The translations under genes and the position numbers were made by a program. From Rhina ancylostomus (lineage: Eukaryota), in assembly GCA_030265395.1 (NCBI GenBank), contig JARFYF010000052.1, positions 121,497,017 to 121,561,016 on the forward strand: a DNA stretch of 64,000 bases, written 5' to 3'. This document shows, in pieces, positions 1 through 12,931 of the stretch (within the stretch, counting starts at the first letter, position 1; the number at the start of each line of letters is the position of its first letter). The notes beneath the pieces were generated by a model that worked only from the letters and a program-made list of their open reading frames with translations, searched no databases and had not been told where the DNA came from.

Positions 1-104
1 CTCAGGTGTGTGTCATTATGCAATCAGTCCAGCATGGAATCCATGTGCTGTACAACAAGGCATCTAAAGAGCCAAATCGAGGGCCAGTACTCAGAACCAT
101 GACA
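1..104 (-). mobile_element. Partial LTR (cut by the window edge), same family as 35869-36158 and 54802-55050
   Basis: gtccagcatggaatccatgtgctg...tcagaaccatgaca closely matches the right end of the 35869-36158 copy and ends in TGACA. Confidence 0.85.
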
Positions 105-1119
105 CTATTATATTGTCTCAATCATCAGATCTAAGTCTCAGTTTTGTTTTTTCACCAATATCCTTATTCTTAGTTTATTCTGAAAGAAGTACCAGTAAGG
201 GGGTAGCTGGCATGTACCAGGATGGAGAACAGTTTGAAGATAGAGATAACTTTAATCAGAGCTGGCAAAATAGATGTCCATGAGAAGACTATGGTTGGAG
301 CTGAAGTAGAGAATAAGACTGGTAACCTTGGATATACCCATTTGAAGGGTATGGGAAAGAAAGATAGTTAATCATATGCAACACATTCTGAAGCACCCAA
401 GAACTCCATGCCAACGCATTTTCTCAGGGGAAATGGTGCTTTACACAAGGTAATTACTTGTCTCACGAACTCAAATCCTCCCCCAGCTTCTGAACTTCCC
501 ACAGGACCCAGGCAAACTCATCCCAACAACACCTTTTAATCTATTTTCTGTCTCCTGCAATCCCTTTAGCTAGACTTTAATTCTTTTCCACACGGTACTG
601 GTTTAGGTGTGCTCCATGATTTTCTGTTGATCCCACCTTACCCCTCCCCACAAGGGTTATTGAACCTGTTTTGTTATGCTCTTTGTCCTGGTGTCTGGCA
701 GATAGAACTTCATATGCGACCTAAAATTTACATGTGTAGAAGTGGCTTTTCAGCAAAAAATTCATTCGCTATTATTTCCCAATGTTTTTCTTAGTCATTT
801 GAGCAACCTCCTTTTCTAAGGTGCTATGGCCTTATTTATATGGCTTTTCCTATATTATCATCCTTAAGACAACTGCCTTTGTCAGTTCTGTTGCCTCCGA
901 GAAATGTATCCACTTCCTTTCTACTTCAGAATTCCTAGAACATAGAAACATCTGATCATAGAAATGGGAGTAGGCTAATGAGTTCCTTGAGACTGTTTTC
1001 ACTGGATTCTTGGCTGTTATGTATCTAAATTCATCTACCTGTCTTTGCACAGATGCTTTTATGCACATCACTGGTGAAAAACATTTGATCTTAGATATTA
1101 TTATTATTATTTGAACTAG

Positions 1120-1345
1120 CATCTACTGCTTTTTATGTTTGAGTTCCACGCTCCCTCTATAACTTGGATGAAGATATGCACTTAAGTGTCTCCCCTGAAT
1201 GGCTTGGTTCGGATTTCAAGATTATAGCCCCTTGAGCTAGACTTCCTCAGCTCTGAAACAAGTTTCTTTCTACCTTAACAATTCCTTTCCAAATCCTAAA
1301 AAGCTCAACCAAATCACAACTTAAACTTTTAAATTCGAGAGATTG
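1120..1345 (-). mobile_element. Old CR1-type LINE 3' fragment
   Basis: Degenerate resemblance to the CR1 3' copies at 33555-34165 and 60390-60900. Confidence 0.5.
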
Positions 1346-1379
1346 CATTCCTGGTATCTGTAGTTTCACTACATAATCT

Positions 1380-1520
1380 GGCACTTATTTCTCATCTTTA
1401 ATTGCCCTTAAGAATTTCATGGTGAGCTACCTTCTTGAATGGCTGTAGTCCTTTTGGTGAAGGTACTCCCACGGTGCTGTTTGTAGGGAGTTCAGGATAT
1501 GGACCCCCGTGATGGTAAAT
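1380..1520 (-). mobile_element. CR1/L2-superclade LINE 3' tail fragment
   Basis: taattgccctt...ggtgagctaccttcttgaa...gctgtttg aligns by eye with 17545-17680. Confidence 0.7.
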
Positions 1521-1944
1521 CTTTTCTGTCTTTCTTTGTGGTCATTGTATATCTTCCATTCCCCTAGCTTTACCAATTTCTTTGAATTTTAATGTTCTGT
1601 ATTCTTACATGTTACTTCCCATGTCAATGCACTGTCAAATATCTTCATTCTTATTGCTAGTCTCCTCGTGTACTTTAGAAGACCTTTGTTTTCTTTATGT
1701 ATCTCTCGATGTTGCAAAACCTCAGTAATTCCTGGTTTGACTGAATTTAGCTGAAGGTAATTCCTGTGAAGTGTATAAATCCTGGAAAAGCAAATTACAC
1801 ATAATTCTCACATCCAACAAGATTCATATAATGTTATTGCTTGTAGCTGTCTGCTATGATAACCATTGCAAACTTAAACAAAAGAATGTTATTCAAAACA
1901 TGAAAATATAAAAATGGTATACATATCTAATCATAAGTCTCACC

Positions 1945-2185
1945 CGTACCCTTCACCCCTTTATACTGGCTCTCTCCCTTCTGCACTCTCAGTCCTGATG
2001 CAGGGTCTCGACTCGAAATGTTGACCATCCTTTNNNNNNNNNNNNNNNNNNNNNNNNNNNNNNNNNNNNNNNNNNNNNNNNNNNNNNNNNNNNNNNNNNN
2101 NNNNNNNNNNNNNNNNNNNNNNNNNNNNNNNNNCCCATTGATGCTGTTCTGACCCGCTGAGTTCCTTCAGCAGTTTACTTTTTGC
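1945..2185 (+). mobile_element. Penelope-like terminal repeat fragment with degenerate hammerhead core
   Basis: CTGATGC-AGGGTCTCGACTC-GAAATG at 1995-2020; after a gap, gatgctgttctgacccgctgagttccttcagca, shared with the other copies in the window. Confidence 0.7.
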
Positions 2186-2284
2186 TTAGTCATAAGTCTA
2201 TTTTCATACAATTGTGCATTTACAGCAATTTAGAGTGCACCCCTTCAGAACCTCTCCTCTCTGTTATTAACGATTTTAAACTTT

Positions 2285-2482
2285 ATTTATATAGCACAGT
2301 AAAGGGCGCTTCCAGCCCAACGAGCCCGTGCCACCCAATTACACCCATGTTAACCTTCTAACCCATACGTCTGGAATGTGGGAGGAAACTGGAGCACCTG
2401 CAGCCATGGGGAGAACATACAAGTTCTTTACAGACAGTGGCAGGAATTGAACTCCGATCGCTGGCATTATAATAGGGTTACT
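2285..2482 (-). mobile_element. tRNA-derived V-SINE (HE1-like)
   Basis: Reverse complement of the V-domain core (gaatgtgggaggaaactggagcacc) and of a B-box-like head; same family as 61678-62067. Confidence 0.85.
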
Positions 2483-2867
2483 TCATAGACAGCTTGCTTC
2501 AAACTTCAGAGATAGCTTGCAAACATCAGTTATTGCACTGAGTTCAAATGTGATAAAATTATATTGTGAAAAAATTCTTGCAAGTATCAGACCAGGGCCT
2601 GTAGTTGACTTCTCTGGGAGTGTTTTTGTTCACTGAATACATTGGTGCAAAACAGCTGAAGGGAAGGCCAAGTGAGAATGTAAATTAAAATCTGATTTTG
2701 CCCAGGCTTAATACAAGATGGCATTTCACAAAAGACATTGAAGCCAACACAGAAACAATTGAAAGGCAGCTTGTTGAACAACTGATTGCACCTTAAAGTA
2801 CCTGCTAGTAATCATTAAAGAGGTTGCAAGAAATGTTGGCGGCAAACATTTCTATTTAGGCATCACA

Positions 2868-3146
2868 GCTAGCGGAGCTACTACCTCACAGCATTTGAGA
2901 ACCCAGTTCAGTCCTGATCTTAGTTGCTGCCTGCGTTGTGTTTGCATGTTCTGCTTGTGACCCCCATGGATTTCCTCCAGGTGTTCCAGTTCCCTCCCAC
3001 ATTCCAGAGACATGTGGTTTGGTAGTTTGAAGTAAATGTGAGGAGTATAAAATAATGGTATTTATGTAAGATTGGTATAAATGGGTGGTCGATGGTTGAT
3101 GAGGATTCAGTGGGCCAAAGGACCTGTTTCCGTGCTGTATCTCTCT
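2868..3146 (+). mobile_element. tRNA-derived V-SINE (HE1-like)
   Basis: Core gtttgcatgttct...tttcctccaggtgttccagttccctcccacattcca and a CR1-type tail tgggccaaaggacctgtttccgtgctgtatctct. Confidence 0.85.
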
Positions 3147-4802
3147 TCTTTCTGACGTATTGATCTCTTTAAATATTGGCCAGCTGATTGGGGTTAAAAA
3201 TAGCATGGAGGTTGATTTCAAATGGTACTCATAGGGAAATGCACACTGAAGGAACAGCCAAGTTAACACTTCCACAGGAAGTATGGATAGCTCAACTGAA
3301 ACATATTGGAAGACTTTTTGGGACTTTTTTCAAGATTTCAGCAAAGCTCATCACACTAATCTGCAAATTTTCCAGCTACTCCATCCAAGAATGGTAAGAG
3401 TTTACCTACTCCACCTGACAGGCGTGTCTAAATTATCTTGTTAAGCTATGCCCTCGGTCTGGATGAGGATCGGGAGGAAGTCATGAAGTCAGGCAGAGCA
3501 GATCCAGCTAGAGAAANNNNNNNNNNNNNNNNNNNNNNNNNNNNNNNNNNNNNNNNNNNNNNNNNNNNNNNNNNNNNNNNNNNNNNNNNNNNNNNNNNNN
3601 NNNNNNNNNNNNNNNNCAGAGGAAAATCAGGAGAAATCATGTACATCTGCGGGTACAGGATGACAAGATGCTCCTCCTTCTCTACCAAGACTTGAATACC
3701 ACCTGTTTGTGGTCTTTCTCTTTGAGTTGGCAGCTCCAAGCAGGACAGAGTTATACATGCCCCAGGCCAATTGTATAAAAAAAATATGATGTTCCAACCC
3801 AGGCATCCCCATATTAGAGTTTCCATTTGTAGTCTTACTTATCATAATGTATTCTTATTGTCGTCAACCACAGCAAAATCTATGGATGTTAAAATAAGAC
3901 AGATGGTGTATGTTTTATTGTTTGAAAAGTAGTATTTGGGTGAAGTTGGCAAACTTTTATTTGGTTCAGGGGTCAAAATGTTAACTGGTTAACTCCTCCC
4001 TCACCTCCAAACCCATAGTGATCAATTCCCTTTTGGTAATGAATTTTAAAGTTACAACAAATTCAAATGGTATCAAGTTAAAAATCAAGAGGAAGCGTAA
4101 CATGTCCATCATGGACAGGCTGTGTTACAGATTCTTTCACTATTTAAAACTGCAGCAATCTAAGATTTGCTGAACAGTGTGACATGTTTGAGTAATGAAG
4201 TTGCAGCCTGTAAAAGTGATTTATCATCATGAAGTAAAGGAAGTATAATGTACAGATATGCCAAATGCTGATGGAATACTAGAAAGATGATAAATCATTG
4301 GTCACATACATAAACTACCCAAATCCTCGTTTGTTGACCTTAATCCAACATAAGTATATAAACAGAATACAGCACAACAGATAATCCAAGCATTAGTTGA
4401 CAAACTAGTCCAAGAAAGGTTCATATTGTCAATAAAGTGGCAAAAATTCAATTGCGGTGTAGAGCACACAATAAACTCAGTAAAAGTGACTGTGACAATG
4501 TTATAATAAAAGAAACTGACAGAACATGGTATCAAGCAGAGGAAAAGAATACATCTGCAGAGCAGATTACGCAAGGTGCCTGTGAGGCAGAGTATTGGTG
4601 TGCATTCACAGTCACAATTTGCTCTGAGTAAACGTTTTTCAGACTCCACCAACACATTCCCTGTGACAGTAATCACAGCAAACATAAACAGAAAAGCAAA
4701 ATCCAATAAGTAAAAATGGATTGCCATCTGTTTAAATGATAATTAAGTTTGTCATCAGCCATCTGTCAATATTGTGTAAATTAGCAGTTGTATCACATTT
4801 TG

Positions 4803-5125
4803 AGAACATAAGAAATTGGAGCAGGAAATNNNNNNNNNNNNNNNNNNNNNNNNNNNNNNNNNNNNNNNNNNNNNNNNNNNNNNNCAATGTCAACTCTACT
4901 TTCTGGCTCAGACCCATATCCCTTCATTCCTTTAGAATCCAAACTTCCATCATCCAATCCTTAAATATACTCAACAACTGAGCATGCACACCCCATTGGG
5001 TAGAAAATTTAAAAGATTCACATTCCCTTGACGTAAAAATATTATCTAAGTCCGAAATGGCCAATTCTGGAGTCAGTTGTAGACTTCCAGTCTGGAGAAA
5101 ATGTCCTTTAGCATCCAGCCTGCCA
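4803..5125 (-). mobile_element. CR1-type LINE 3' fragment
   Basis: Begins with the reversed tail agaacataagaaat..gagcagga; same subfamily as the + copies ending 23560 and 49445. Confidence 0.75.
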
Positions 5126-6384
5126 AAGAACTGTTGACAAGAGCCTCATGTTGTGGGAATTAGGAGCCTATCTCGTCAAGAAGGCACTGAGTAGGAAGCA
5201 GGCCATAGCTCCCTGGCAGGTTAGTAATTGATCCAAAAATGGAAGAGGACCTTCTGATGAATCTAAACCCTTCCTTTATGGGATAGCAGGAACAACAGTG
5301 CATGCTGAAGCCTCATACAGCAAGTCAATACTTCTTCCATCTCAAAGTCTCCTTATCTACAAATGTCCCATGAAACCCCTTACAAACCCCTCATCAACAC
5401 AGCTAGAAGCTGGTTTGTCATTGCATTTTAAACATTGCCACATATCATCAGGGAGAAGCAACTCTTCAGAGGGGGTTCCCACCAGAAACTTGTTCAGAGT
5501 TAATATAATGCTTTATATCAAACTGAACAAAAGTGGTTCTTTCAGTGCCGCACTCTGTAATACTTATCAAGTTTTAAAGGTCAGAGACTTCGCCATGAGT
5601 GCAAGATGAGTTAGCTAAACTTATCTAAGGATGCAGTGGAGACATTATAATTGTCCGAATGTCTTCAGGCCAGACAGTAAAAGATCAATAATCATGCTCC
5701 ACTAACACTGATGTGGAATTGCACATGTCTAGGAAGGATGCAATCATATTATCTTAGGAATGATTAACGCCTCGTATCAAGAGTGCTCATGAGCAATGTT
5801 CATCAAAAGACATGAACACTATTGGCACCTGAAGAACTGTCTAACTTGGCTTACCTCCCACAGGAAAGGAAGCACAATTGGATGAAATCGGGGTGGAGGG
5901 GTGGAATACATTAGGGAAGATGATGCTGAAAAAAGACAGGAACCTGAGGGATTAAAATAAGACAGTGAAATGTAAAAGCCAGTCAGCCCATAGTANNNNN
6001 NNNNNNNNNNNNNNNNNNNNNNNNNNNNNNNNNNNNNNNNNNNNNNNNNNNNNNNNNNNNNNNNNNNNNNNNNNNNNNNNNNNNNNNNNNNNNNNTAGTA
6101 GATGAGAAAAGACACAAATGCAGACATTCAGGCTTGAGGGAGGCTGTGAAGAATATAACATACTGCAGGGTCAAGTTTCTCCAAGAAATCAGTATGCATT
6201 TCTTATTTGAAACCGAACAGTTTCCATGCATTTCTAAGCAAACAACATACATCTATCTGTACAGTGCTGAATTACATATTCTCTGGAAACAAAGTTTTTC
6301 CTGAATTCCCTGTTGAATTAATTAGCAGATATATCCATGGAATATCTGAACATGGAAGGAGACCATTTGGCCCATCAAGGAATA

Positions 6385-6732
6385 TATAAAAATTATGAGA
6401 GATAAACTAGGGTAGACAGTCAGAATCTTTGTCCCAGGGGAGAACTGTCCAATACTGGAGGAGAGGCAATTAAGTTGAGAGAGGGAAAGTTTGAGGGAGA
6501 TGTGCAGGGCAATTATTGTAGACAGGGAGTGATAAGTGCTTGGAACAGGCTGCCAGAGATAATGGTGGAAGCAGATATGATAGTGGTGTTTAAGAGGCTT
6601 TTAGATAGACACATGGATATGAAAACATTGTGTGCAAGCAGAAGAGATTTTGTTTGATTTGGTATCATGTTCGGCATAGACATCTTGGGCTGAAGGAGCT
6701 GACCCTGTACTGTACTATGTTCTGTGTTCTAA
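6385..6732 (+). mobile_element. CR1/HER1-type LINE 3' end
   Basis: ORF 6475-6657 has the CR1 ORF2 C-terminal motifs VISAWNRLP and FKRLLDRHM; tail ctgtactatgttctgtgttcta. Confidence 0.9.
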
Positions 6733-6743
6733 CCACAGACATA

Positions 6744-6895
6744 GGAAATCTGAAATAAAAACAAAAACAATCTGGAAACACTTATCAGGTGAGGCAGCAT
6801 CTGCGGACAGAGAAACAGTTCCTACAAAGGGTTATCCATCTGAAACATTAACTCTATTTCTCTTTCCACAGATGCTGTCTGACCTGCTGACCATA
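6744..6895. repeat. Fold-back (inverted-arm) Penelope-derived repeat
   Basis: Left arm caggtgaggcagcatctgcggacagagaaacagtt is an imperfect reverse complement of right arm aactctatttctctttccacagatgctgtctgacctg. Confidence 0.75.
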
Positions 6896-7639
6896 CCATC
6901 TGTTCACTCAAAAACATCTTAACTTGTTTTAATGATGATCAAATGATGAGAATTTAACAACAGTTGAATTAGATTTCCTAATTAAGAACTATTTGAATAT
7001 AGTAATATATTTAAATAATAATATTCCTGTCTTAGAAATTAATCAAAAATATCGAGATTAAGTAAAATAACAAAAAAACTTACATATTCAGTTAGGGCCA
7101 GTAACTCCATTCAAGTGAATGGGGCTATGTTCCATAGCCAGATACATATGACATAGAGCTGACGGGCCAGATGTGAGATGCACATCTAAGCTTTGTCTCT
7201 GCAATCAATGCTTCACTGGCATCTGATTTCTCACTTGTTCCCAATATCTACATCACAATGTGGATGCTCAGAAGTCTGGTATGAGTAGATCCACACACTA
7301 CAGTTTACCAATGGCTTTCAAAGGACCTGCTACCTGGTGAGAAGCACATTTCACCCGATGTACTAACATGTGCCTATTCTGTATTGTTTATCAATGTGTT
7401 CCTGTATTTTGTTGTGCAGTTCTCTTCTGTATTTGCCATACCCATTAATTTGATAACATTTGCACATTTTCAAATGCTGTTTCCAGCTTTTAATGTAAGT
7501 AAATGTTGAACTACAATCATCCTTGTACTGAATTTTGAGATAATTCACATCCCACTACCTTGATGTTTTCTGATTCATAGCCAGTTTGCCATCTGTTCTG
7601 CTATTTATTTCCTGCTTTCATGTATCTGGACCCCAGTTA

Positions 7640-7960
7640 TGAGTTCACCATGTCTTATCAGATGATTTTTGAAAATCCACACATACAATGCAAAATGCAT
7701 TATCCTTGACTACTTTTCTTGTTCCTTCAAATTATTCAAGAAGAATAGTCAAGAATTATTTTCCTTTTTGAAATCTGTTCTGACTATTGTTTATTATATT
7801 TTCAGTTTCTAGGTGTTTTCCTAATACATCTGAGTAAGAATTCCATTATCTTTCCCACCAGATGTTAAGCTAGTTTATCAATTGTTCATTGGACTTGTTC
7901 TATCCATACCTAAATGTAGAAATTGTATTTGCTGTCCAGTTGTGTTCTGGTTCTATTTTC
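7640..7960 (-). mobile_element. Highly decayed CR1 RT fragment
   Basis: Resembles the CR1 RT region at 61500-62190 (e.g. cccaccagatgttaagct vs gccactgatgttaggct). Confidence 0.45.
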
Positions 7961-8494
7961 CATTTCAATAAGCTTTATATTATGGTATATATGCAGTTGC
8001 TTTTGATGTTCAGCGATGCTGTCATTCTAGTCCTTTTTTTTCTTCTCTTGGTTTGTTTAGTCTGTCAATTATCTCTCCCTGATTTCTGCATTATAACTTT
8101 TTGCCTTAGAAATTCTTCAACGAAAGGATATTAAACATGCACGGTACAGATATCCCCTGGTAGCCGGCTTAAGGGGTTCTGCTTCATTGAAGAACATTGC
8201 ACAGGTAAACATGTATGCAGACTTTTCCTCCACCAGGTGCTTTGCCCTTCTGGAGCTAGTGGAGGGAATCGGGTGTGCCACAAACTACTTTGGAGTCAGA
8301 GGGGCTGGTGGAATTGTTGTTGGCTTGATGAGGGTGTGGTTGGTCTTGAAGTTGGATATTGAGAGGTGGAACATTGAAGATAAGGACATTGAGGGAAGGG
8401 GTAAAGGGATCAAACATGCAATAAGGCCTTGCAGGATAGACAGGCACATACTTAAGCCAGGGTCCAGCATTGAAGACTGAGCTTATTTCCAAGT

Positions 8495-9092
8495 AAGCAA
8501 TCCAAATACTCTAAAAAAACTTCTCCAGATGCACTGTTGAAAGTATCCTGACTGGTTGCATCATGGCCTGGTAAGGCAATTTCAATGTACAGGAACGCAA
8601 GAGGCAGAGAATAATGGACACAGCCCAGTCCATCACAGGCACAACCCTCCCTACCACTAACAGCACCTTCAGGAGGTGCTGCTTCAAGAAGGTGGCATCT
8701 ATCATCAAGGATCCCCACCATCTGGATCATGTCCACTTTTTGCTGCTATCATCAGGCAGGAGGTACAGAAGCCTTAAATTCCACAACACCAGGTCCATGA
8801 ACAGCTACATTCCAACAACCATCAGGTTCTTGAATCAGCTTGTACAACCTTAACCCTATCTCAGCAAAAGAACACTACGGACCACCTCTTACACTGCCAT
8901 GGACCTGTCTCTGATTACATCTTTGTTTTGCACAGCCTTTTTTTCTCTCTTCACTGTCCTGTATAATTTATGTATAATTCATATTCTGTGTGTTGTCTGT
9001 ACCTACATGCCTGTGATGCTGCTGTAAGCAAGTTTTTCACTGTATCTGCACCTCACCATACTTGTGTGCGCATGACAATAAACTTGACTTGA
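8495..9092 (+). mobile_element. Rex1/Babar LINE, 5'-truncated 3' end
   Basis: Peptide TAQSITGTTLP...KKVASIIKDPHH...LLSSGRRYRS is the Rex1 C-terminus; tail aataaacttgacttga. Confidence 0.9.
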
Positions 9093-10697
9093 AATGACAT
9101 CAACAAGGAAGAAGAGTGAAACTAAACATTAAGCAAGAAGAGCCACATCAGACAGAGTATTGATCCTTTGGTATCCCCAGCCACTGACCAGGTTACAGCT
9201 GGTCCCTTTAAATTTAACAGAAAAAGGCCTCAACCTTCTAGTTTAGGACCTATTTCTATGTGAGTGGCGAATGTCACTTGCAGGTCTCTGTTGCGCAAAT
9301 GAAGTTTGTGTTAGTAATGTCAAAGCGTGGATAGAATGTTACTTGATATCACTGCATGGGACCGGTAGTCTCTGGNNNTTTCTGCTTAAAATGCACAGAG
9401 TATCCAAGCAATTATTGGGAACAGAAATCAATGCACAAAAGTACTTCTATTTTATAACATAAAAAATATTAACACAAATGTCCAGTCCAAATCCATTTAT
9501 AATGTCATACTCATCATGTTAGTCTCCTTGGTAAATGCTGAGACAAAAAATTATTTAATATTTCTGTAATTTTGCTTTCATTATCTGTGCCTATATTGTA
9601 TTCTATTGATTCAGTTTATTCCATTGCAGATTTTTTTGTTACTTATGGTTCATCTTTAATATTTTAATATTTCATTTACATCCTTTTTTTCTTAATTCTT
9701 CATTAAGAAAACATTTTTTTCTTAATGTTTTGTCATTACTGACACTTGGTTCTGTTTTTAGTGGAATATATTTCTCCTCAAATCTGCTAATCACGGTTCT
9801 AAATATTTCCCCACTCCTGTCTATTGTTATTTCTTCCATTGTTACATTGTTACTTCTTCCATTTTATTATGTTGTTTCTATCCTTATCTCTTAAAATATT
9901 CCAACTCTTTTTACAGATTACCTCTGGCAATGCTTTGTCACAGTTTCTGTGTAATCTTTTCCCAATACAAAATCCACATTCATAATAAACTATATCACTG
10001 AAACACAATTTTGATTTTGGTTCTATTATTCAGCTGTTGGCTTCTGATAGTTTCCTTAAAGTGCTGTGTGATTGTACTTCCAACTTTGGTTTATTACTTT
10101 GCAGGAGTATAAACACAACATTCAGGGACATAGTGTTTCTGGCTTTGGTCCTGCAGAAGATGGGTTCTGTTCCAAAATGGCATCCGGACCATGTGCACAC
10201 ATTTGTTGTGACTGCCGTAGCAGATGTGTGTTGGTTATGCTGTCAGGACATAAGTTCTTAATGCCCACTGAATATATGTAGTGTAGACAGGCAGTGATGT
10301 CATTCAGCTGCAAGTCTGATTCAACATCAGTGCTGTTGCCTTGCAACTTAATGTTCCAACTAATGTCCTCTGCTAACCTCCCATATCTAAGCAGCAGGAA
10401 AAATTGCCCCATTATTGAAAGCCATGATCAACAACTTTTAGATTGTTTGTTGAAGGATATCTATTGATTACCCCTGCCATTGTTTGATGCTTTTTAGTCT
10501 GCCTTAAAGTTACAGAACTCTGCAGTAAATGGTAGTAAATGGTACAGCAAATCCAGAGAGATACTGTACCAAATTCAAGACTATACCCTGACCTGGGTGA
10601 GTTAGAAACTATTCTCCTTGGGTTACTAGAAGAATGAACCAAAGGCTCTCGGTATCACAGGACAGAGGAGGAGGATGAATGAAAATCAAAATATGTT

Positions 10698-10949
10698 TGC
10701 AGATGCTAAGAATTTGAAATAAAAGTAGAAAATACTGGAAAAAACTCAGCAGTTCAGGCAGCATCTTTGGAAGGAGAAACAGTCAATATTTCAGGTCCAG
10801 GCCCCTGCATCAAAACTGGGAAAGAGAGAAACTAGTTAGTTTAGGTGTTGTTTCTCTCTTTTTTGGTTCTGATGAAGGATCCCTGGAACATTAACAGTTT
10901 CTCTTTCCACAGGTGCCACCTGGCCTGCTGAATTTTTCCAGCATTTTCT
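10698..10949. repeat. Fold-back Penelope-derived repeat with hammerhead-like core
   Basis: Arms ~10727-10832 and ~10849-10949 are imperfect reverse complements; CTGATGA-AGG-ATC-CCT-GGAAC at 10869-10889. Confidence 0.8.
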
Positions 10950-11254
10950 GACAATATCCACAAAGACTGTGACCTGATTTGCAGTAAGAAACTGTGTGCA
11001 CGGTGTTTACATCTCAATGAAGAAGTGTTCACTGAAATCTAACACTCGCCATTACCATAAATCAAAATAAAACAGGACAAGCATCAGTTTCTGTTAGGTT
11101 GGCCATTGTCATAAAGTTATGTACCAAATCTTTCTAGACTGAGTGGAATCCATCATGTAGAGTGCAATTCATGTTGCATAAGGAAGATCATTTACCAAAG
11201 AGTAGAAGGCAGAGCAACAGATGGTATTGCAAGGAGTAGCACTGAGTGCCAGTT

Positions 11255-11600
11255 ACCATATGCATGTGGATGCCAAGTATCAACTCTGCTCTACACCACC
11301 ACTAGAAGGCCTTACAGTGTCTCCAAATAGTAAGTGACCAAAGGCAGTGAAAAGCCCATCCTGCAAAGGAACTGCTATTCATAAATCTGATGGTAGAGGC
11401 TTGAGAAACCCCAAATGTCGGTGAGCATCAGTAGAAATTAAGACAACAGGCATCAGATGTTGCATTGTTCATAGATGGAGAATGGATTCACCTATCCCAG
11501 AAGAATCCAGGGTTCTCTTGCCTTCATTGGAAAACCCTGTGGTATCTTGGTTTGACCTCTGCTATGCTCCTACACATTCCACACAGGCTTTATGCAGGCC
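11255..11600 (+). pseudogene. PIF/Harbinger (HARBI1-like) transposase C-terminal fossil
   Basis: Frameshifted motifs in the expected order: HMHVDAKY (cf. IMHVxAR[FY]PG), LRNP, FSCLHWKTLWY (cf. FRCLDxxGGALQY), then a CCMLHN-like remnant. Confidence 0.55.
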
Positions 11601-12029
11601 TGTCAATAGGACAAGCATTACTTCTTCTGTATCCCATTCAAAGAGCTCATGAGTCATCTGCTCTGCTGTCATTATCACACCTTTCACCTATTATTCTCAC
11701 TCAGTCTTCCTAAAAACAATTGATAAGAGGCAAGAAGTCTTTCTCAATCATTCTCAGTTGTTCACTGGGCCATCCCTCTCATTTATTTCTTGCTTGCTTC
11801 AAAATTCTTCATTTATTTAAACAACAAAGCAAATTAGAATGAGAAATTGAAAGAAGAATTCCTTTCTCTCAAGTGTAAGATAACAACGTTGAACTTTCCA
11901 ATTGTCAACATAATACAGCGAGGTTAATTAGCTAGCTTCAAGATTCTGCTGTTTGAACATTCAAATGGCAATCAACAAAGAAAGAGACATTTGTAGAATG
12001 AGAGTGGAAGTAATTGTAACTTGTTAGAA

Positions 12030-12170
12030 GACTTGAGAGAGTGAGATGCATGTCTCTCAGGCTCTAACCTGAAGCACTGGTAGTAGAGAGATACTCTTTG
12101 CCCATGAGGAACAGAAGATTCTCCAGACCAAAAGTCCTAAGGCAACATAGAGAGAAGCCAGCAATGTTAT
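12030..12170 (+). pseudogene. Possible Harbinger Myb/SANT-like ORF remnant
   Basis: Frameshifted LSGSNL/EALV...REILF resembles FSDxxLEAL...RRxVLF; lies next to the transposase fossil. Confidence 0.3.
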
Positions 12171-12849
12171 CCCAATGCCTCACCTGATCAACTGGATTAC
12201 TAGCCTCACTCTCATTATTCCACAGCTTTATTGCTCACCAACCCACAATCTCTTTCTATCAGGTCACATTCATGGGTTCACTTCAACATTGCATGACATT
12301 AATCCAGTCCGCACATCTATACTTCACATACGGTTAGCTACTTAATCCAGGAGATCAATCATCCGAGCACATTGCGGAGCATTTAGTGACAAATTTCCCA
12401 CTCTCCAACAATATAAGGTAGCTCATATCCAATGGTATAGTAGCTACATATAGCAAGAAGCTAGCTAGGGGTAGACAGAGTGCGGCAGGTGGAATGAATT
12501 AAATGAAAACTTCAAGATAAATTTCAAAATATTTACAAGAAAAAAGCAAGCATTAATTTTTTAATAAATGAAAACAAATAAAGGAAAATTACATTTCTCT
12601 CTTTTTCTCTTCCTCTGCTTTTCCGCTGCGTTCCCCTGAATAATTATTTTGCTTCCATGTTTTCTTGCTCTCTCATTCAATAGCCTACTAAACAATTCAA
12701 TACTTACTACAGCTGCACACTTATCACTGCCCATTTTGAACCATCTACTCTCTGGGGGGGGGATGTAAATAGAAGGAGATGAATGAGAACAGAGGTAAAA
12801 GAATAAAAGAAATGCTGGAATTGTGAGATGGAATGAGGAAGACTAAAGA

Positions 12850-12931
12850 TAACAAAAATGGTGGAAATGTTCAGCGGGTCAGGCAACAGTTGTGGCGAGG
12901 GAAATATTATGGGCTGATCTTTCATCAGAAC
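12850..12931 (-). repeat. Single arm of the Penelope-derived repeat
   Basis: Minus strand reads ttCTGATGAaagatcag...ctgttgcctgacccgctgaacatttccaccatttttg. Confidence 0.65.

Noticed and set aside
3213-3229. Near-match to the reverse complement of miR-29
   Set aside because: Mismatch inside the seed and no complementary hairpin arm
4302-4727. 141-aa Cys-rich hydrophobic ORF resembling a secreted or membrane protein
   Set aside because: No recognisable domain or cysteine pattern; composition is what T-rich non-coding DNA gives
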